DNA of 64,000 bases. Origin: the human T2T-CHM13v2.0 reference genome, Homo sapiens. The position numbers and the translations under genes were made by a program. The notes below the pieces were generated by a model. That model was not told the DNA's origin. It worked only from the letters and a program-made list of their open reading frames with translations, and searched no databases. Shown here piece after piece: positions 51,158 through 64,000 of the stretch (its first letter is position 1; each line of letters begins with the position of its first letter). The stretch lies in assembly GCF_009914755.1 (NCBI RefSeq), contig NC_060938.1, one strand, 5' to 3'.

Positions 51158-53447
51158 ACCAAAAACATACAACCTACCACAATTGAATCTTAAGAAAATT
51201 GAACAGACCTATAACAAGTAGACAGATTGAATCAGTAATAAAAGAAAACCTCTCAACAAAGAAAAGCCCAGGATCTGATGGCTTCATTGGTAAATCCTAC
51301 CAAATATTTTAAGAAGAATTAATACCAATTCTTCTCAAACTCTCCCTAAATATTGAAGATAAGGGAACATTCCAAACTCATTCTACAAGACCAACATTAC
51401 CCTGACACCAAACCAGACAATACAAGAACACAAAATTATAGGCCAATATCCCCAATGAGCACAGATGTAAAAGTCCTAAACAAAATACTAGCAAGCGAAA
51501 TTTAATAGGACATTAAAAGAATCATATATGCAATCAAGTAAAATGTATTCCTGGGATATAAGGATGGTATAATATACACAAATCAGTAAATGTGATACAT
51601 CACATTAAGAGAATGAAGGACAAAAAACATATGATCACCTCAATAAATGCAGAAATAGTGCTTGATGAAATTTCATGATAAAAATTCTCAACAAATTAGA
51701 TATCGAAAGAATAAATGTACCTCAACTTAATAAAGTCCATATATGACAAGCCCACAGCTAACGTCATAGTCAATAGTGAAAAGCTAAAAACCTTTTTCTG
51801 TAAGATCAAGAACAAGACAAGGATGCCTATTCACATGACTTCTATTCAACATAGTACTGGAGGTTTTAGGCAGAGTAATTGGGTAAAAAAAATAAATGAA
51901 AGACATCCAAGTTGGAAAAGAAGAAGTAAAATTGCCTCTATTTGCAGATGACATGATCTTATATAGAGAAAACCCTAAAGATTTCATCCAAAAAATTGTT
52001 AAATCTAATAAATTCAGTAAAGTTGCAGGATACAAAATCAACATACAAAAACCCCAGTAGTATTTCTATATACTGACAATGAACTACACATAAAAAATTA
52101 AGAAAATCCAATGTCCAATAACAACAAAAAGAATAAAATATTTAAGAATACATTTAAATAAGAAATTAAAAATCTATACACTGAAAATTGATGAAATTGA
52201 AGAAGGCACAAATAAATGGAAAGATATCCCATGCTCATAGATTGAAATAATTAATATTGTTACAATGTAAGTGCTACCTAAAGCAATCTACAGAGTCAAT
52301 GCAATCCCTAACAAAATCTAATGTCATTTTTCCAGAAATAGAAAAAAAAAACTCTAAAATTTATGTGGAACCACAAAAGACCCCAAATAGCCAACAAAGC
52401 TGAAGGCATCACATTACCTAATTTCAAAATATTCTAAAAAGCTATAATAATCAAAACATTTAGACCAATAAAACAGAATAGAGAGTCCAGAAATAAAGCC
52501 ACATATTTACAGTCAATTATTCTTTAACAAAGCTGTCAAGAACATACAATGAGTAAAGGACAGTCTCTTTAACACATAGGTCTGGGATAAGTGGATATCT
52601 ACATGCCAAAAGAATGAAACTGGGCCTTATCTCATATAATATACAAAAATTAACTCAAATGGATTAAAGATTTAAATGTAATACTAGAAACTTAAAACTA
52701 CTAGAAGTAAACACAGGGAAAAAAAGCTTCTCGTCATTAGGCTAGGCAATAATTTTTTGGATATGACCCCAAAAGCACAAGCAACATGAAAAAATAGACC
52801 AATGTGATTGCGTCAAGGTAAAAATCTCACACATAGCAAAGGAAACAACCAAAAGAGTGAAGAGAAAACCTACAGGATAGAAGAAAATACTTTCAAACCA
52901 CACTCTGGTTTATAAATATTTAAACAGTTAATATCCAAAATACGTAAAGAACTCAAATGACTCAATAGCAAGAAAACAAATAACCCAATTTTAAAAACGG
53001 GCAAGGGACCTTAATAGATATCTCCAAAAGAAGCTATAGAAATGGCCAATAGACATATGAAAAAAATGATTAACATTACTAATCATCAGAGAAATGCAAT
53101 TAAAACCACAATGAGATATCACCTCATGCCTGTTAAAATGGCTATAATCAAAAAGACAAAAGATAGCAAGCATTGGCAAGGAGATGGATGAAAAGGAATT
53201 CGTTCATACTGTTTTTGGGAATGTAAATTGGAAAACAGTATGGAAGTTCCTCAAAAAATTAAAATTGAATGACTATATGATCCATCAGTTCCACATCTGG
53301 GCATATATCCAAAGGAAATGAACACAGTATGTTGAAGAAATATCTGCACTCCCATGCACTCCCATGTTCACTGCAGCATTATTTACAATAGCCAAGATGT
53401 GGAATCAACTTCTGTCCATCAACAGATGAACAGATAAAGAATATGTG

Positions 53448-53488
<41 letters not shown>

Positions 53489-54000
53489 AATATTATGCAG
53501 CCTTAAAAAAGAAGGAAATCTTGTCATTTATGAAAACATGGATGAAACTGGAGGATACGATGCTAAGTGAAATAAACCAGGTGCAAAAAGACAAATAGTG
53601 CATGATCTCACTTACATGTGAAATCTAAAAAATCAAACTCACAGAAGCAGAGAGTAGAATGATAATTACCAGGAGCTGGGGAGAGCAGTTGGGAAATGTG
53701 AAGATGTTGGTCAAGGGTACAAAGTTTTGTTTAGACAGGATGACTAAGTTCTGGAAATTTATTGTACAACATTGTGATTATAGTTAATAGTTACATATTG
53801 TATATTTGGAAATTGCCGAGAGTGTAGATCTTAAATGTACTTCACCAAAAAAAAGATAACTATGTAAATTGATGGATATATTAATTAGCTTGATTGTGTA
53901 TTCATTTCACAGTGTATACATATATCAAAACATCACATTGAGCACTAAATACATACGACTTTATGTGTCAATTATGCCTCAATAAGAAAAAAAAGAAATT
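51158..54000 (+). mobile_element. L1MA (MA9-like) ORF2 and 3'UTR, with (CA)n at 53450-53486
   Basis: [17 protein letters not shown] and TTTGCAGATGACATG (FADDM) remnants; L1MA 3' end. Confidence 0.85.
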
Positions 54001-54264
54001 AAAAACTGCATTCAGCTGTAATACTTCTAGTAGAAATATTGACACTGTTACCTTGAAAATAGAGCAAATAAGAAATGTCAGTAGGAAGTAATATTCTCAG
54101 CATGAGAAAAACAGATACAAATATAAAATCAAAATTAGTTGTCTTTTAAATTTTAAAACCCTGTCATCTTTAATGTAAATGAGATATCAGCATGAAATCA
54201 TTATTTATTTTGTTCTTTCTAAAATACAGATATTCCCTAGTTCCATTCACTAAAAAGGTCTAAA

Positions 54265-54580
54265 ACATCAAATCCAATAAAATTGTAATGTAAGCAACAG
54301 GTATAATTATAGATGTTCTAATAGTTACATTTTTAAAAGGTAAAAGAAACTGGTAAAATTCATTTTAATAATATATTTTATTTAATCCAGAATATTCAAC
54401 ATCTTACCATTCTAACATGGAATCAATTTTTAAATGTTAATGAGATATCTTACATTCTTTTTATACCAAGTTTTCAAAATTAAATGTATATTTTTAGACT
54501 AACAGAACATTTTAATTTGGATTAGCCACATTTCAAGTGTTCAGTAGCCACATGTGGGTAGAGACTGCTGTACTGAACTT
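54265..54580. mobile_element. MER33-like hAT element
   Basis: TAGCCACATTTCAAGTGTTCAGTAGCCACATGTGG end. Confidence 0.7.
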
Positions 54581-55288
54581 TCAAGGCCAATCCAAGTCTA
54601 GATATAAAGAAAACCAAGTAGCTACGAGTACCCCTGGTGACTAAATTGGGGATAACAGAGCAGTGGGAAGGACAAGGGAGAATGAAAATATTCATTTCAG
54701 ATATTAGTGGTATCATGGTTGGTTTTTTTCCTAATCTTTATCTATTAAAAACACATACTGCATATTTTAGGTTAAATGATACAACGTTTGGCATTAGCAT
54801 TAAAATATTTAATCAAAAAAGTACAGGAGATAAATGAAACACTCTTTGGAAAGTGATAATTGCCAAACCAAGAGATTGGTATGTAAAAATATTTTATGCT
54901 CTCTACTTATGCATGCTTGAACATTTTCATATTAAATTTCTTAAAAATGAAATAAAGTAAAAGCGCTTTAAAATATAAAGAGATAAATAGACAATTCAGT
55001 TAACCAGTTCCTGATGATCAAATTTTTATGTCACCACTATTAATATTGAATTCTCTTTAAAAAGGGCCATATTGATTATTTTATTATTACATTTTATTAA
55101 ACTACTTAAAAGTTTTAAAAGTTAATACTGTCCTAACCACAGAATGTTAAAGATTAAATTATGAGTCAAAGACTCAAGTTAATTGTTAGAATAGAAACTT
55201 ATTAGAAAGCTTACAGAATCTGCAAATCTTTTATTTCCTGGAAAGTGAAACAGCTGTTGAAATGAATCTTATATTAGGTAGGAAATAA

Positions 55289-55414
55289 AGGAGGGAGAGA
55301 AGGAAGGAAGGAAGGAAGGAAAGAAGGAAAGAAGGAAGGAAGGAAAGGAGGGAGGGAGGGAGGAAGGAAGGAGAGAAGGAAAGGAGGGGGGAAGGAGAAG
55401 GGAAGGAGAAGAGA
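55289..55414. repeat. (GGAA)n/(GGGA)n purine tract
   Basis: Directly visible. Confidence 0.95.
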
Positions 55415-55911
55415 CTTCAGAATGTCACACCATTGTCTGGATTTTAACAATGGATCTCAAAATATTGAGATTGCCAAGGTTTTTTAAAAGTTTTTAAACC
55501 AAGATAAACTGAGAACGTTGAAGTAATGTCATAACTTCTCTTTATTAAAAATCAATTCTATCCTCAACTGAATAAAGTACATCATACTTAATGGTGAAAG
55601 ACTGGAAGCTTTCCCAGTATAATCATAAAGAAAACAAAGATGTCCGTTCTCACCACTTCTATTCAACATTCTACTGGAGGTTCTAGTCAGGGCAATAGGC
55701 AAGAAAATTAAATAAAAGGCATCCAGATTGGAAAGGAAGAAGTAAGCTTTCTTTACTCAAAGATGACATACATTTTTAGGAAAATCCTAAGGACTCAATT
55801 TAAAAACTATTAGAACAAATAAGTTCCACAAGGTTGCAGGGCACAAGATCAATATACAAAACTCAATAGTGTTTCTGTATACTTGAAATGAACAATCCAA
55901 AAATAAAATTA

Positions 55912-56237
<326 letters not shown>

Positions 56238-57208
56238 TTACAATAGCTTCAAGAAGGATAAATTACATTTAACAAAAGAAGTGCAAAACGTATACTCTGA
56301 AAACTACAAAACACGTTAAAAGAAGTTTTAAATGATTTAAATAAATGGAAAAACATATGTGTCTATGGATAGGAAAACTAGATATTGTTAAATGGCAATA
56401 ATTCCCAAACTAATCTATAGATTCACAGAATCCCTTATGAATTCCCAAATGTCGTTTTTTGCAAACAATGGCAAGCGGATGCTGAAATTCACATGGAAAT
56501 GCAAGAGATCCAAAATAACCAAAATAACCTTGAATAAAGTTAGACTCACACTTTCTAATTGTAATACATACTACAAGCAATAGTAATCAAGACAGTGTCG
56601 TACTGGCAAAGGATAGACACAGATCACTAGAATGCAATTAGAGTATAGCAATAAAGCCATGTACCTATGGTCAACTGATTTTCAACAAGGGTCCAAGACA
56701 GTTCAATAGTGGAAAGAATAATGTTTTCAACAAATGGTGCTGGAACAACTGAATATCCACATGCAAAAGAGTGAATTTAAACCCCTACTTCACATCATAT
56801 ACAAAAATTAACTCAACTGGCTCAAATACCTAAATGTTAGAGTTAAAACTATAAAACTCATACATGAAAACATAAGCATAAATCTTTGTGACTTTGTGAT
56901 CTCAGATATAATACCAAAAACAAAAACAATGAAAGAAAAAATAGGTAAGCTGGACTACGTCAGAATTAAAAACTTTCGTACTTCAAAAGATATTATCAAG
57001 AAAGTGGAAACACAACTCACAGAACTGAAGAAAATATTTTGAAATAGTGTATCTGCTAATGTACCAGTATCCAAAATATATAACCCAACTAAGCAATACC
57101 AAATCTGAAAAAACATTTCCTCGAAGAAGAAACACAAATGGCCAGTAAACACACGAAAAGGGGTTCAACATCATTAGTTACTACAGAAATGCAAATCAAA
57201 AAAAGAAC

Positions 57209-57762
<554 letters not shown>

Positions 57763-58636
57763 AAAAAAGAACAATAGTCAAGGTGGGAATGTTGAATAGC
57801 ACTGTACTGGCATAAAAACAGTAAAAAAAAAAAACTCTTTTGCATAGTCACTTTGTAAGAGTTTGGCAGTTATTCAAAAAATTAAACAGTTACCATATGA
57901 CCCAGCAATTTCACTACTAGTAACATACCCAAGAGAATTGAAAATATATATTCACACAACTACATGTACATGAATGTTCACAGCAGCATTATTCTTAACA
58001 GCTAAGAGCAGAAACAATCACAATGTTCATCAACTGATGAATGGATACACAAAATGTAATATATCCACACAATGGAATATTTTTCATCCATAAACATGCT
58101 ACAACATGGATGAACCTTGAAAACATTGTGCTAATTGACAGAAGCCAGACAAACTGTGCAGAATAGGCAAATCCATAGTGATAAAAAGTACACTGGTGGA
58201 TGCCAGGAGCTTCAAGAAGGAGAGAATGAGGACTGACTGCTAATGTGTACAGGGTTTCTTCTGGGTGTGAAAAAAGAAGACAGTGGTGATTATTGCACAC
58301 TTTGTAAATATACTATAATAAAATCCTATGTGAAGTATATCCCCCAAAAAATCAATTCTATGTCTACCAGATATAGAATTGACTCTACCTTTTAGTTTCT
58401 ATAGAGAAAAAATATTCATCCCTGCACTTCCAAAGCCTGAGATATCTGTTTCAGTGTCCATCCTTATCTCAGGGTTTCAATTTTTTAAATTATTCATTAT
58501 TCATTTTCTTTCTAAAATATTTATATACCATCAAAACTGAAGTGCATGATACATTTTCATTGTGTAGTCCTCTTTATAAGTAGTACATTTTATTATTAAT
58601 TGACATAATTGTATTCATTTATGAGGTACCATGTGA

Positions 58637-64000
<5,364 letters not shown>

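Overview
Human (primate) non-coding, repeat-dense DNA. There are no supportable host protein-coding exons and no RNA genes or CRISPR arrays. The centrepiece is a full-length L1HS retrotransposon (Ta-0 diagnostics) on the minus strand (36329-42364). It has open ORF1, ORF2 and ORF0, an intact YY1 site and a 14-bp target-site duplication (TSD). About 270 bp beyond its 5' end, in the direction of its antisense promoter, lies a 5'-truncated processed PARP1 pseudogene (42634-43583). From memory this is PARP1P2, which would put the window at 14q23 near KCNH5/RHOJ; this needs alignment to confirm. The rest is a layered record of L1PA4, L1PA7-like, L1PB, L1MA/MB/ME, Alu (J/S/Y), MaLR/ERV solo LTRs, hAT/Tigger DNA transposons, L2/MIR and microsatellites. 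The most unusual structures are an unexplained 126-nt hairpin with a perfect 31-bp stem (10618-10743), an Alu whose TSD and 3' end are repeated in inverted orientation (44687-45085), a possible L1-antisense-promoter/ORF0-to-PARP1-pseudogene chimeric unit, and a candidate minus-strand first exon next to a CpG-preserving AluY (about 21.2-21.8 kb). Repeat subfamily names come from remembered consensus sequences, not a database search. I found no clearly new multi-gene system; these items are leads.
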